A stretch of DNA of 64,000 bases from the sequence record PZ445526.1; one strand, written 5' to 3'. The translations under genes and the position numbers were made by a program. The stretch comes from a phage. The notes under the pieces are model-generated. The model was given only the letters and a program-made list of their open reading frames with translations. It ran no database searches and was not told the origin of the DNA. Below are positions 11,441-21,442 of this stretch, piece after piece; position 1 is the stretch's first letter, and each line of letters begins with the position of its first letter.

Positions 11441-12171
11441 TAATTTTTCCTCTTTAAAATTCTGCCGCGTTTCCAACCTGGCGGTATAATATCATCTTTA
11501 CCTATAAGCGTGCATTCACTTCCATTATTAATCCATTTCTTACCGCGGATTCCTTTATAATCTCTTGGTTGTATTTTGTCAAACTTTGCATCAAGTTGAT
11601 ATGCCCATCTAAATCCATAGGCATATTGAAATTTACCCTCAGCACAATATTTGATATTTGACCCGTTTCCATTAACTGACCTGGACGCTGCTGCAATAGA
11701 GTGAAAGGTTTCTATGAAATCCCCATCTAATGAGAATTTATGTATTTCGATAGATGGGCATGCATACCTATTCACGTTTGATACATGTCGTTTAGTTTCG
11801 TTTTTATGATGCTTGCCTAACATTCCTCTAGGATGAGGATTATTTTTCCAATATTTCTTAAAGAAATCAGAATTAGCTTTAGCAAATAATTTTCTGTGCA
11901 AGCTATACAATCTGTTATTAATTCTATTACCAGCTTTATCTGTTGCCATTAACGTTAACGCAGAGGCAAGCCCAAAATGGCCTTCATTTATCTTACATAG
12001 TAATAGATGCGCTATAAAATGTTCTCTAGCTGTTAATTCAACTAAATTTTCTTTATCATCAGAACCTCCCATGCATTTAGGGACTATATGATGTGTCTCT
12101 TTATATTCGGATAAAGGTTCCCGAGCCTGAGCTCGGGAAATTAGGTCGTTATAGATTTTTTGATAATTCAT
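11440..12171 (-). CDS. mobE: Free-standing HNH homing endonuclease (mobE-like), 243 aa
   Basis: HNH core HHIVPKCMGGSDDKENLVELTAREHFIAH with a C-terminal DNA-binding-like tail GWKRGRILKRKN; between nrdA and nrdB as T4 mobE. Confidence 0.75.
   Translation of the reverse strand: MNYQKIYNDLISRAQAREPLSEYKETHHIVPKCMGGSDDKENLVELTAREHFIAHLLLCKINEGHFGLASALTLMATDKAGNRINNRLYSLHRKLFAKANSDFFKKYWKNNPHPRGMLGKHHKNETKRHVSNVNRYACPSIEIHKFSLDGDFIETFHSIAAASRSVNGNGSNIKYCAEGKFQYAYGFRWAYQLDAKFDKIQPRDYKGIRGKKWINNGSECTLIGKDDIIPPGWKRGRILKRKN
12119..12138 (-). other. Perfect 8-bp stem-loop inside the 5' end of the endonuclease ORF
   Basis: tcccgagc-ctga-gctcggga inverted repeat, 33-52 nt downstream of the ATG at 12171. 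Confidence 0.45.
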
Positions 12172-14435
12172 TACAATTTACACGCTGCACAATCGTCGGC
12201 TTTAGGAGTTTCGATTTCATAATCATCAGTACCAGAACCATCGCGGGTATTATGATAATAGAAATTTTTAATGCCATAATACCATCCGTATAGCATATCA
12301 TCAATCATTATTGACATTGGAACCTTGCCTTTAGGGAAGATTTGGGGGTCATAATATGTATTTGCTGAAGCTGATTGACATACCCATTTCAGCATAATAG
12401 CTACCTGCGTAAGATAAGGTTTATTACCTTTCTTAGCTAATTTCCATGTATAATCATAGAGGTCTATGTTATGCTCAATATTGGGCACGACTTGATTAAA
12501 GGAGCCCTCTTTTGATTCTTTAACAGAGACTGGTCCACGTGGAGGCTCGATACCGTTTGTACTGTTAGAAACTTGGGAAGATGACTCACATGGCATAAGT
12601 GCTGATAATGTGCTATTACGGATGCCAAAGAGCTTAAGGTCTTCCCGCAGCGACGACCAGTCACAAACGTATTTTGGAGCTGCGATTTGGTCAATCTTTT
12701 TATTGTACCAGTCGATAGGTAATTCGCCTCGAGACCAACGAGTGTCTGAATAATATTCGCAAGGTCCTTTTTCTTTGGCGAGCTTAATGGATGCTTTAAT
12801 GAGTCCATACTGTAATCTCTCAAATAGTTCATGTGTTAAATCGTTAGCATCTTCATAAGAAGCAAAGTTACTTGCCAGCCAAGCCGCATAGTTGGTAACA
12901 CCTACACCAAGGTTACGACGCTTTTTAGCTTTTTCTGCTTCAGGAACTGGATATCCTTGGTAATCCAAAAGATTATCAAGAGCACGAACTTGAACTTCTG
13001 CCAATTCATTAATTTTATCTTGGTCTTGCCAATCGAAGTTATCCAACACAAATGCAGATAACGTGCACAAGCCAATTTCAGCATCAGGACTATTCACATC
13101 ATTTGTTGGAATAGCAATTTCACAGCACAAGTTACTCTGACGAATAGGTGCCTTTTCACGAATAAACGGAGTATAGTTATTTGTATTATCAATGAACTGC
13201 ACATAAATCCTTGCTGTTCCTGAACGTTCAGTCATGAGCAATTCAAATAGTTCACGGGCTTTAATACGCTTTTTACGAATATTAGGGTCTTTTTCTGCTG
13301 CTTCGTATAATTCACGGAAACGGTTTTGGTCTTTAAAATAAGAATAATAAAGCTCGCCACCCATTTCATGCGGACTGAACAAAGTAATGTAATCGTTCTT
13401 TCCGAATCGTTCCATCATCAAATCATTCAGTTGAACACCATAATCCATATGACGAATTCGGTTTTCTTCTACGCCTTTGTTATTTTTCAAAACGAGAAGA
13501 TTTTCAACTTCCAAATGCCAAATAGGATAATAAGCAGTAGCAGCGCCGCCACGAATTCCACCCTGTGAACATGATTTAACTGCAGTCTGAAAATGTTTCC
13601 AAAAAGGAATAACACCAGTATGACGTACTTCACCCATGCCAATCTTAGAACCTTCGGCACGAATCATACCAACGTTAATACCAATTCCAGCGCGTTTAGA
13701 GATATATTCAACAATTGAAGCGGAAGCCTTGTTGATAGACTTTAATGAATCACCTGCCTCAATAACAACACATGAACTAAACTGTCTAGTCGGAGTACGA
13801 CAACCAGCCATAATAGGAGTTGGCAGTGAAATCTGTCGAGTAGATACTGCTTCATAAAAACGGATAACATGTTTTAATCTATCAACAGGTTCATCTTGAT
13901 GCAGTGCCATTCCAATAGCCATAAATGCAAACTGTGGAGTTTCATAAATTTGACCAGTGGTTTTATCTTTAACTAGATATTTTTCTTTTAATTGCATCGC
14001 CCCGGAATAAGTAAATTCCATATCCCGCTCGTGCTTAATTTTTGATTCTAAAAATGTAATTTCTTCTGCTGAATATTTTGACAATAATTCAGGGTCATAT
14101 TTACCTTCATTTACACAGTAAGAAATATGGTCAATAAATGAACGTGGTTCATACTGCCCGTAAACATGCTTACGAAGAGCAAACATTAAACAGCGTGCAG
14201 CTACATATTGATAATCAGGTTCTTCAACCGAAATAGAATTCGCAGCGGCCTTAATGACAATAGTCTGAATATCGTCAGTTGTCATTCCATCACGGAGATA
14301 AGATTTAATATTTTCATATAATTCATAAGGATCTACTGATGTTCCCTCAGCTGCCCAAGATAAAACTTTAATAATTTTTTGTGGGTCAAAGCTCTGAGAA
14401 ACACCACTACTTTTGATAACATTAATTAATTGCAT
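12171..14435 (-). CDS. nrdA: Ribonucleotide reductase alpha subunit, 754 aa
   Basis: 754-aa class I RNR large subunit with NLCCEIA active-site region; recognised as T4 NrdA. Confidence 0.95.
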   Translation of the reverse strand: MQLINVIKSSGVSQSFDPQKIIKVLSWAAEGTSVDPYELYENIKSYLRDGMTTDDIQTIVIKAAANSISVEEPDYQYVAARCLMFALRKHVYGQYEPRSFIDHISYCVNEGKYDPELLSKYSAEEITFLESKIKHERDMEFTYSGAMQLKEKYLVKDKTTGQIYETPQFAFMAIGMALHQDEPVDRLKHVIRFYEAVSTRQISLPTPIMAGCRTPTRQFSSCVVIEAGDSLKSINKASASIVEYISKRAGIGINVGMIRAEGSKIGMGEVRHTGVIPFWKHFQTAVKSCSQGGIRGGAATAYYPIWHLEVENLLVLKNNKGVEENRIRHMDYGVQLNDLMMERFGKNDYITLFSPHEMGGELYYSYFKDQNRFRELYEAAEKDPNIRKKRIKARELFELLMTERSGTARIYVQFIDNTNNYTPFIREKAPIRQSNLCCEIAIPTNDVNSPDAEIGLCTLSAFVLDNFDWQDQDKINELAEVQVRALDNLLDYQGYPVPEAEKAKKRRNLGVGVTNYAAWLASNFASYEDANDLTHELFERLQYGLIKASIKLAKEKGPCEYYSDTRWSRGELPIDWYNKKIDQIAAPKYVCDWSSLREDLKLFGIRNSTLSALMPCESSSQVSNSTNGIEPPRGPVSVKESKEGSFNQVVPNIEHNIDLYDYTWKLAKKGNKPYLTQVAIMLKWVCQSASANTYYDPQIFPKGKVPMSIMIDDMLYGWYYGIKNFYYHNTRDGSGTDDYEIETPKADDCAACKL

Positions 14436-14752
14436 AAGTCCTCAACTTGAAAATCGTCTTTAAACAATCGGTTAACTATATGAGCTATTATATCACCATG
14501 ACACGGCTTTGGTTTACATGTGCATCCTAGCCTCATTCCACGTAAAGGCTCTAAATGTGCTTTAGTTATTTCTCCGGATTTAATTCGACGTATAAAATCT
14601 TTTTTGAATAATTCAATGGCAGCCTCCCGGCTGCCAGCATCTTTACCGACGTAATTTCCCCAAAATGTACCGCGGTGAATATTAACATCAAAGTCGGATT
14701 TGTATTTATTCACTACCCGGCATAGACGGCCCGGTTGGTAATAATTCTTCAT
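14426..14752 (-). CDS. Hypothetical protein, 108 aa
   Basis: ATG-initiated ORF between td and nrdA. Confidence 0.55.
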   Translation of the reverse strand: MKNYYQPGRLCRVVNKYKSDFDVNIHRGTFWGNYVGKDAGSREAAIELFKKDFIRRIKSGEITKAHLEPLRGMRLGCTCKPKPCHGDIIAHIVNRLFKDDFQVEDLCN

Positions 14753-14969
14753 ATTGTTTTTCCGTTAAAACAGTAATATCGTAGTAACAGTCAGAAGAAG
14801 TTTTAACTGTGGAAATTTTATTATCAAAATACTCACGAGTCATTTTATGAGTATAGTATTTTTTACCATAAATGGTAATAGGCTGTTCTGGTCCTGGAAC
14901 TTCTAACTCACTTGGGTTAGGAAGTGTAAAAAGAACAACGCCAGAAGTATCTTTAAATCGTAAAATCAT
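14706..14969 (-). CDS. Hypothetical protein, about 87 aa
   Basis: Track ORF starts on TTG at 14981; in-frame ATG at 14969 with GAGGA upstream. Confidence 0.45.
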   Translation of the reverse strand: MILRFKDTSGVVLFTLPNPSELEVPGPEQPITIYGKKYYTHKMTREYFDNKISTVKTSSDCYYDITVLTEKQYEELLPTGPSMPGSE

Positions 14970-14989
14970 ATATCCTCGCAATAATAAAA

Positions 14990-15850
14990 TTACACCGCCA
15001 TCTTTCCTTTAATAGGAGGGTGTGATTCATAGTTGTTAAGAACGAAATCTTTAGGCCTAAGTTTAAGAACATATTTTAATTGTTCTTTAGTAGAAAGATA
15101 TCGGAATTTATAAGGTAGACCACTTATTACCAGCTCACAAAGCTCTTTAGGTTCACGCCTCAAAATTTCTTTACATTGTTCTACGTGATTCATATAGATA
15201 TGAGTATTACCACCAGAAAATATCAAATCTCCCGGAATAAGATTACACATCTTAGCTACAATATGAACTAACGTAGCATATGATGCAATATTAAATGGAA
15301 GACCGAGGAAAACATCTACCGAACGTTGATACCACTGCAAATCCAAATAGCCATTACGCACATTAAACTGATAGAACATATGACAAGGTGGTAATGCCAT
15401 CTGCTTAAGTTCTGCCGGATTCCACGCAGAAACAATTTGACGCCTATCATTTGGCAGTTTTTTAATACGATCAATAACTTCTATAATTTGGTCTACACCA
15501 CCAAAATCACGCCACTGTTTTCCATAAATTGGACCAAGTTCACCGCTATGGTATCCTAAATCTTTTGCTTGATTTTCGTAATTTTCATCCCAAACTGTTT
15601 TGCCTTGGATTAACGAATCATGTTGAATTAATCGCAAATCATTGACATTTGTGCTTCCCGATAAAAACCATATTAGCTCAGCAATGCAAGCTTTCCAGGC
15701 GAGCTTCTTAGTTGTTACCGCAGGAAAACCTTTGGTTAAATCCCAACGCAATTTAGTACCGAACAAAGCAATTGTTCCTGTGCCTGTTCGGTCATCGGTT
15801 TCATAACCATTTTCAAGGATGTTTTTAATTAAATCTTGGTATTGTTTCAT
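14990..15850 (-). CDS. td: Thymidylate synthase, uninterrupted, 286 aa
   Basis: Contains the thymidylate synthase PCH active-site motif ([12 protein letters not shown]); one continuous 286-codon ORF with no intron; ATG at 15850 preceded by AGGTG. Confidence 0.93.
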   Translation of the reverse strand: MKQYQDLIKNILENGYETDDRTGTGTIALFGTKLRWDLTKGFPAVTTKKLAWKACIAELIWFLSGSTNVNDLRLIQHDSLIQGKTVWDENYENQAKDLGYHSGELGPIYGKQWRDFGGVDQIIEVIDRIKKLPNDRRQIVSAWNPAELKQMALPPCHMFYQFNVRNGYLDLQWYQRSVDVFLGLPFNIASYATLVHIVAKMCNLIPGDLIFSGGNTHIYMNHVEQCKEILRREPKELCELVISGLPYKFRYLSTKEQLKYVLKLRPKDFVLNNYESHPPIKGKMAV

Positions 15851-15865
15851 TTAACACCTATATAA

Positions 15866-16213
15866 TCAATACGGTTTAGCATCAAATTTTCTTTCAATTT
15901 CAGGCGTAAAATATAATTCTTTACCACGTTTGGAAAAGCGACCAATAATATGATAATTATTCTCATCAAACGTGATATTACCAATATCCATAGCTTTCAA
16001 CCAAATATCGATATTTCTATCCAGCTTTATGTCAAAATTCCAATACGGAGAAATATTACCGAAAATACTGCAAGCGGATTCAGTGAAACAACTGCTATAA
16101 ATCTTGTCTTTAGGAACTACTAATTGATAGACACCTTTAATAAACTGAGGACCTTGCCATTTTGGCTGTTTCACGTCTTTTTCTAATAAAATAGGGTAAT
16201 AATTAAAATTCAT
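15866..16213 (-). CDS. Hypothetical protein between frd and td, 115 aa from the ATG
   Basis: ORF fills the frd-td gap; track start is GTG at 16225, first ATG at 16213; no recognisable motif. Confidence 0.5.
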   Translation of the reverse strand: MNFNYYPILLEKDVKQPKWQGPQFIKGVYQLVVPKDKIYSSCFTESACSIFGNISPYWNFDIKLDRNIDIWLKAMDIGNITFDENNYHIIGRFSKRGKELYFTPEIERKFDAKPY

Positions 16214-16233
16214 ATTTTCCGCCACGCGTTATT

Positions 16234-17060
<827 letters not shown>

Positions 17061-17070
17061 ATTATTTTCC

Positions 17071-17313
17071 TTAAACAGACTTTTTCACAATTTTCCAATC
17101 AGCTTTAAACTGTTCAACGTCAGAATGGTAAATCCAGAATCCTGCGCTTTCTCCGTCTTCATAAAGAGGACATCCATCACATTCATCTTCCCACCCCATA
17201 TCACGTAAAAGGTGTTCAGCTTTTTCAACAAGCTCAGAATCTTTACCGATGATATTAAAATACCATTTACCTCTAACTTCTGAATCTTTGATGCTTTGGC
17301 GTTGTAATCTCAT
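17071..17313 (-). CDS. Hypothetical protein, 80 aa
   Basis: ATG at 17313 preceded by GAGGAGAA. Confidence 0.6.
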   Translation of the reverse strand: MRLQRQSIKDSEVRGKWYFNIIGKDSELVEKAEHLLRDMGWEDECDGCPLYEDGESAGFWIYHSDVEQFKADWKIVKKSV

Positions 17314-17329
17314 TTTATTCTCCTCAGTT

Positions 17330-17370
17330 GATAGGGTAATAGTATCACACTACTACCCTGTTGTAAACTA
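17330..17370 (-). promoter_or_regulatory. Candidate early promoter
   Basis: Plus-strand tgtaaac at 17362..17368 with gttgatagggtaatagtat upstream block. Confidence 0.4.
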
Positions 17371-17748
17371 CTTTTTGAAAGTTTTTCGCAAAAGTTCAAT
17401 GATTTCATCTACATTGTTTTCATCTACAATGCAGTGAATTTTTGTTACGCCAGAAACCGGGTCTTTGACTTCGTCTTTTTCAGAAGTCGGTTCTTTATAC
17501 TCGCGAAAACAATGAAATTCGTCTTCGCAAATTTCTAAAAGTCTATCTTTGAGGTAAAAATGCTTTCCATTTGCGCATTCAATGTGTTTTACTGCTTTAT
17601 ATCCGTTAGCGACGGAAACTTCTTTAACTTCAAACCATCCGCCATTATCTCGAATGGCTTTAACTATTGATGAATTAGAACGTGGGCTATAATTAATAAA
17701 TGTATCAATAAGTCTTGGAACAAGTTCATACTTTTTACCGGTATACAT
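17368..17748 (-). CDS. Hypothetical protein, 126 aa
   Basis: ATG-initiated ORF. Confidence 0.6.
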   Translation of the reverse strand: MYTGKKYELVPRLIDTFINYSPRSNSSIVKAIRDNGGWFEVKEVSVANGYKAVKHIECANGKHFYLKDRLLEICEDEFHCFREYKEPTSEKDEVKDPVSGVTKIHCIVDENNVDEIIELLRKTFKK

Positions 17749-17792
17749 TACGGTTTCCTCATTTTAATAGGGGCTTGATAGCCCCTTGATAA

Positions 17793-18023
17793 TTATTGTT
17801 CAATCAGTCCCATGTAAAATTCTGCGTCTTCAGAATCCATGCCATCGCAATATTCATTAGCCATAAAGCGGGTGAGGTCTTCAAGAGGACCTTCAATGAC
17901 AATAGAAAAATTGCAATAATTGGGATCATCGTGAATACTTGTGATACTAAGTTCAGGATAACGATTACGAATAATCTCTTCAATATATTCAAAATCAACG
18001 ATGTCAATATCAACTTTAGCCAT
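17793..18023 (-). CDS. Hypothetical acidic protein, 76 aa
   Basis: Track ORF starts on TTG at 18086 inside the promoter; ATG at 18023 preceded by AAGAGGAAA. Confidence 0.55.
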   Translation of the reverse strand: MAKVDIDIVDFEYIEEIIRNRYPELSITSIHDDPNYCNFSIVIEGPLEDLTRFMANEYCDGMDSEDAEFYMGLIEQ

Positions 18024-18060
18024 ATTATTTTCCTCTTTAATCATCAGCAGTATTGCCGAT

Positions 18061-18098
18061 AGTTGTATAGTACCATGGAAGGACAAGGATGTAAACCG
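18061..18098 (-). promoter_or_regulatory. Candidate early promoter within a repeated module
   Basis: gtaaac at 18091..18096 and gtatagtacc at 18065..18074; same module recurs at 35196..35265. Confidence 0.45.
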
Positions 18099-18121
18099 TT
18101 TTGTGAAAAAATTTTTGAAAT

Positions 18122-18146
18122 AAAAAAGGGGACCTCTAGGGTCCCC
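18122..18146 (-). terminator. Rho-independent terminator downstream of gene 32
   Basis: ggggacc-tcta-ggtcccc hairpin followed on the minus strand by a U-run (plus aaaaaa 18122..18127); gene 32 stop at 18169. Confidence 0.75.
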
Positions 18147-18168
18147 AATTAATTAGTAATATAATCTA

Positions 18169-19077
18169 TTAAAGGTCATTCAAAAGGTCATCCAGGTCCG
18201 TGTCATCAGCACTAGATGAACTGCCAGAGCTTGAGCTCATAAAATCATCTTCAGTTTTTGTATTGAAGTCATCAACATTGAATGCATCCAAATCATCAGC
18301 AACTTTATCAGCTTTCTTAGCGGCAGTTGCTGCGGCACCGCCCATCACAGCAGTTCCCATAACTTGACTGAACTTAGTGCTCAGTTCTTCAAATGATTTG
18401 AATTTATCTTTAGAAGTCATTTCAGAAAGGTCAACCATTTGTTCGAACAGTTCTTTCTGGAAAGATTTATCGTCAATGTTTGGAATCGCAGATTGATTCA
18501 GGAATTTAGATTCGTCGTAGTTACTAAATCCAGAAACTTGTTTAACTTTCAGTACAAAGTTAGCACCTTCCCACGGACAAGTTACATCAACCGGAGTTTC
18601 ACCCATTTCAACATCAACTGCAATCATTGCATTGATTTTATCCCAGATTTTCTTACCGAAACGGTATTTAAATACTTTACCTTCATTTTCTGGAGCAGCT
18701 GGGTCTTTTACTACAAGAATGTTAGCCCAGTAAGAAGTTTTACGTTTAACAAGACTGTACTCTTTATTGTCAGTGTTGTACAGATCATTTTTACTGATGT
18801 ATTGACATACTGGACAAGAATCGTAATCACCGTGGGTAGATGAGCAATTTTCGATATACCATTTACCGTTTTTCTTGAAACCGTGATTTACAAGAATTGC
18901 AAATGGTGCCTGTTCATCATTTTTAGACGGAAGAAAACGAATTACTGCTTGACCGTTACCCGCATTATCGAGTTTCAGTTTCCACTCGCCTTTATCTTCA
19001 GAAGAAAAACCACCTTTATTTCCAGCCAGTTTAGCCATTTGTGCAGCGAGTTCAGCAGTAGATTTACGTTTAAACAT
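18169..19077 (-). CDS. 32: Single-stranded DNA-binding protein gp32, 302 aa
   Basis: Recognised as T4 gp32 including zinc ligands [14 protein letters not shown] and acidic Ser/Asp-rich C-terminus. Confidence 0.95.
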   Translation of the reverse strand: MFKRKSTAELAAQMAKLAGNKGGFSSEDKGEWKLKLDNAGNGQAVIRFLPSKNDEQAPFAILVNHGFKKNGKWYIENCSSTHGDYDSCPVCQYISKNDLYNTDNKEYSLVKRKTSYWANILVVKDPAAPENEGKVFKYRFGKKIWDKINAMIAVDVEMGETPVDVTCPWEGANFVLKVKQVSGFSNYDESKFLNQSAIPNIDDKSFQKELFEQMVDLSEMTSKDKFKSFEELSTKFSQVMGTAVMGGAAATAAKKADKVADDLDAFNVDDFNTKTEDDFMSSSSGSSSSADDTDLDDLLNDL

Positions 19078-19140
19078 TTTTATTTCCTTTTTAATTTAAT
19101 TAACAGTTGGTGCTATGACGATGTATGACCTCATAGCTGG
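19078..19140 (-). promoter_or_regulatory. Gene 32 translational operator (pseudoknot plus AU-rich leader)
   Basis: Minus strand reads GCTATGAGGTCATACATCGTCATAGCAC then TTAATTAAATTAAAAAGGAAATA before the ATG, matching my recollection of the T4 gene 32 operator. Confidence 0.6.
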
Positions 19141-19160
19141 TCAGTGAGATAATTATAATC

Positions 19161-19168
19161 TATTTATA
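19161..19168 (-). promoter_or_regulatory. Late promoter box TATAAATA upstream of gene 32
   Basis: Plus-strand tatttata, reverse complement of TATAAATA, in the 59-32 intergenic region. Confidence 0.5.
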
Positions 19169-19176
19169 ATAAGCAA

Positions 19177-19830
19177 TTAATACTTGCAAGATTTCACAGT
19201 TTCAATGAAAACACTTTTAGCTTTCTGTGAATCAATATTTAAAATTTTTCTATAAGCCTTTAACTTTATAGAATAATTATTCCAGACTAAATTATCAGTC
19301 TGTTCATCATGTTTATCAATTATATTTAAAAATGAATCAAGCAAGATAAACGTCTCAAACGAAATTATGTTCGATTGCAGAAGTTTAAAAATATAACTTG
19401 ACTGAACCTTTGGATTATATTCAAAGATTTCTTTAAAAGCAGAAACTTCAACTTTTTTACTAAAATAATAAATGTTGCGAATATCTTCTTCAAACTTAAA
19501 TTTAATTTGCTTTAAGCGTCCGATATATTCACGATAAAACACAAGTGCATCAGCGTCAGAGATGTCACCAATCCAAGCATCTTGGTTAGCAACAAGATTG
19601 CTTATAAAGATTAAAGCAAGTTCCTTTAATTTATATTTTTCTGATAACTTCTGGAAAAAATACTTATCCCTTCGCTTTTGATAAGCGGCATCAGACACCC
19701 GCATGCACCAATTATACTTAATTACATCATACTTTCCATTCATATGCTGTTTTATCATTAAGTATAATTTATAAACTGATTTACCATCAATGTATCTTTC
19801 ACCACCAGCAGGCATGCGGAGTTTAATCAT
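19177..19830 (-). CDS. 59: Helicase loader gp59, 217 aa
   Basis: 217-aa product recognised as T4 gp59; position between 33 and 32. Confidence 0.9.
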   Translation of the reverse strand: MIKLRMPAGGERYIDGKSVYKLYLMIKQHMNGKYDVIKYNWCMRVSDAAYQKRRDKYFFQKLSEKYKLKELALIFISNLVANQDAWIGDISDADALVFYREYIGRLKQIKFKFEEDIRNIYYFSKKVEVSAFKEIFEYNPKVQSSYIFKLLQSNIISFETFILLDSFLNIIDKHDEQTDNLVWNNYSIKLKAYRKILNIDSQKAKSVFIETVKSCKY

Positions 19831-20165
19831 AGCAGAAAATCTAATGTATTAGTTTTTTCACAACGAACAACAGAAGGACGTAAAAGATTTTCGTCAATAG
19901 CTTCTGACTGAATTTTTTCAATTATACCCGAAGGAATAAATTTAGCAAATTGAGTTTCAGGAATAGAATTTTCTTCCAAGAATGCTGTCGTAGCTTCAAG
20001 ATAACTCATTCCAAACTCTTCTACCATTTTTTCAATAATAAATCCGTTTTCTTGACGATCAAGAAGCTTTGCTATTTCATCCTTTTCTTTCTTAATTGAA
20101 AGTTCTTTTTCTGAAAGACCGGTCTCATCGACCGGACGAATATCATTTAGAGAAAACTGTGTCAT
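19827..20165 (-). CDS. 33: Late transcription co-activator gp33, 112 aa
   Basis: Recognised as T4 gp33 starting MTQFSLNDIRPVDE; track ORF begins 3 codons earlier on TTG. Confidence 0.88.
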   Translation of the reverse strand: MTQFSLNDIRPVDETGLSEKELSIKKEKDEIAKLLDRQENGFIIEKMVEEFGMSYLEATTAFLEENSIPETQFAKFIPSGIIEKIQSEAIDENLLRPSVVRCEKTNTLDFLL

Positions 20166-20412
20166 AAAGTTCAACTACCTCTTCAGTTTCAGCTTCAAAC
20201 ACATCACGGTTATCTTTATGATACAGAGCTAATAGACGATTAAACATCTTACCATCAACGCCAAGTTCATCTTTAGCACGAATTCGAATATCTTTAATCA
20301 GTTCATTATAACCGGAAATTTTCAGTTTATGATCAGATGCTTCTTTAATAAATTTAGCCAAGTCTTCGCCATGGATAGCTTCATCAAATTCAACCATTTC
20401 TTTTTTAGCCAT
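20143..20412 (-). CDS. dsbA: DsbA double-stranded DNA-binding protein, 89 aa
   Basis: 89-aa product MAKKEMVEFDEAIHGEDLAKFIKEA... recognised; position between rnh and 33. Confidence 0.85.
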   Translation of the reverse strand: MAKKEMVEFDEAIHGEDLAKFIKEASDHKLKISGYNELIKDIRIRAKDELGVDGKMFNRLLALYHKDNRDVFEAETEEVVELYDTVFSK

Positions 20413-20420
20413 TATTCACC

Positions 20421-21338
20421 TCAAAATTCATTAATGCTATTAGTTAATTTAGAAAGACCCGCTTTTACAAAATATGAATAAATTTTGCCACGCGGTGGTA
20501 ATTTATATGAATTATAGTAATTCACAATGTTTGAAGCAATATTATCAGGAATATAATCAAAATCAATTAGAACTAAATTTTCTTTATAACGATTATATTC
20601 AGATTCTGTGAGAAGCACCTTAGCTTGCTCACGGTCATTAGCAATAGCTTCAACGATTGAAGTTTTCATTGAAGGAGTTCGTTCACCTTCAACTCTGGTA
20701 AACCAAAAGTCAGAACGTACTTTAACTGAAGCAACGTTATCCTTTTTGTCACCCTTAAGAATTTTAGTCATACAATCAATTTCAGCAGAACCGCTTTTAA
20801 TTTTAACCCATTTCTTGTGCATCGGTGACCATTGCTTAACATTTGGATATTTGTGAAGCTGAGTAAAGTCACCATCAGATGAAATGATTAAAATCTTATG
20901 CCCTTCTAAAGAGAACTTTTTAACAAGAACAGCAATGTGGTCATCTGCTTCATACTTATCAATATCCATAACAATGTATGGCATATAAGCTTTCAATTCA
21001 TCTATAACTTTATGGCTGGATTCAAAATAACCTTCCCAGTCCCAAGTAGATTCTTCTCGTGCTTTTCCACGGTTTTTCTTGTAATAATACGCGAAATCAC
21101 GACGCCAGTATCCAGATTTCGCGTTATCAATACACAGTACAATTTTAGTGTATCCAAGCGTTTTTGCTTTTTTGACATTAAACTTAATTGAGTTCAATAT
21201 CAAATGACGAACCATTGATAAATTAATTTTTTCTTTATCTGGGAAGTTTACTAAAGCAGTTGAAAGCGCGATTTGACTAAAGTCAATAAAGCAAATTCCT
21301 TCTTTGTAATCTTCATCCAGCATCATTTCTAAATCCAT
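20421..21338 (-). CDS. rnh: RNase H (5'-3' exonuclease/flap endonuclease), 305 aa
   Basis: Recognised as T4 RNase H starting MDLEMMLDEDYKEG; track ORF begins 5 codons earlier on TTG. Confidence 0.92.
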   Translation of the reverse strand: MDLEMMLDEDYKEGICFIDFSQIALSTALVNFPDKEKINLSMVRHLILNSIKFNVKKAKTLGYTKIVLCIDNAKSGYWRRDFAYYYKKNRGKAREESTWDWEGYFESSHKVIDELKAYMPYIVMDIDKYEADDHIAVLVKKFSLEGHKILIISSDGDFTQLHKYPNVKQWSPMHKKWVKIKSGSAEIDCMTKILKGDKKDNVASVKVRSDFWFTRVEGERTPSMKTSIVEAIANDREQAKVLLTESEYNRYKENLVLIDFDYIPDNIASNIVNYYNSYKLPPRGKIYSYFVKAGLSKLTNSINEF

Positions 21339-21364
21339 ATGAACCTCGTTCAATTAGTGAGATT

Positions 21365-21398
21365 TCTATTATATACCATCCAAATCTTAAAGTAAACA
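21365..21398 (-). promoter_or_regulatory. Candidate early promoter for rnh
   Basis: Minus strand GTTTAC (plus gtaaac 21392..21397) then TATATAAT about 17 nt downstream (plus attatata 21368..21375). Confidence 0.45.
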
Positions 21399-21400
21399 AG

Positions 21401-21408
21401 TATAAATA
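21401..21408 (+). promoter_or_regulatory. Late promoter box TATAAATA for gene 34
   Basis: Exact tataaata 35 nt upstream of the gene 34 ATG. Confidence 0.65.
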
Positions 21409-21442
21409 CTTATTATTGAAAACACAATAGGAGCCCGGGAGA

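Noticed and set aside
14990-15850. Searched td and nrdB (10262..11440) for group I introns with embedded homing endonucleases
   Set aside because: Both genes are single uninterrupted ORFs of the expected length, so no intron is present.
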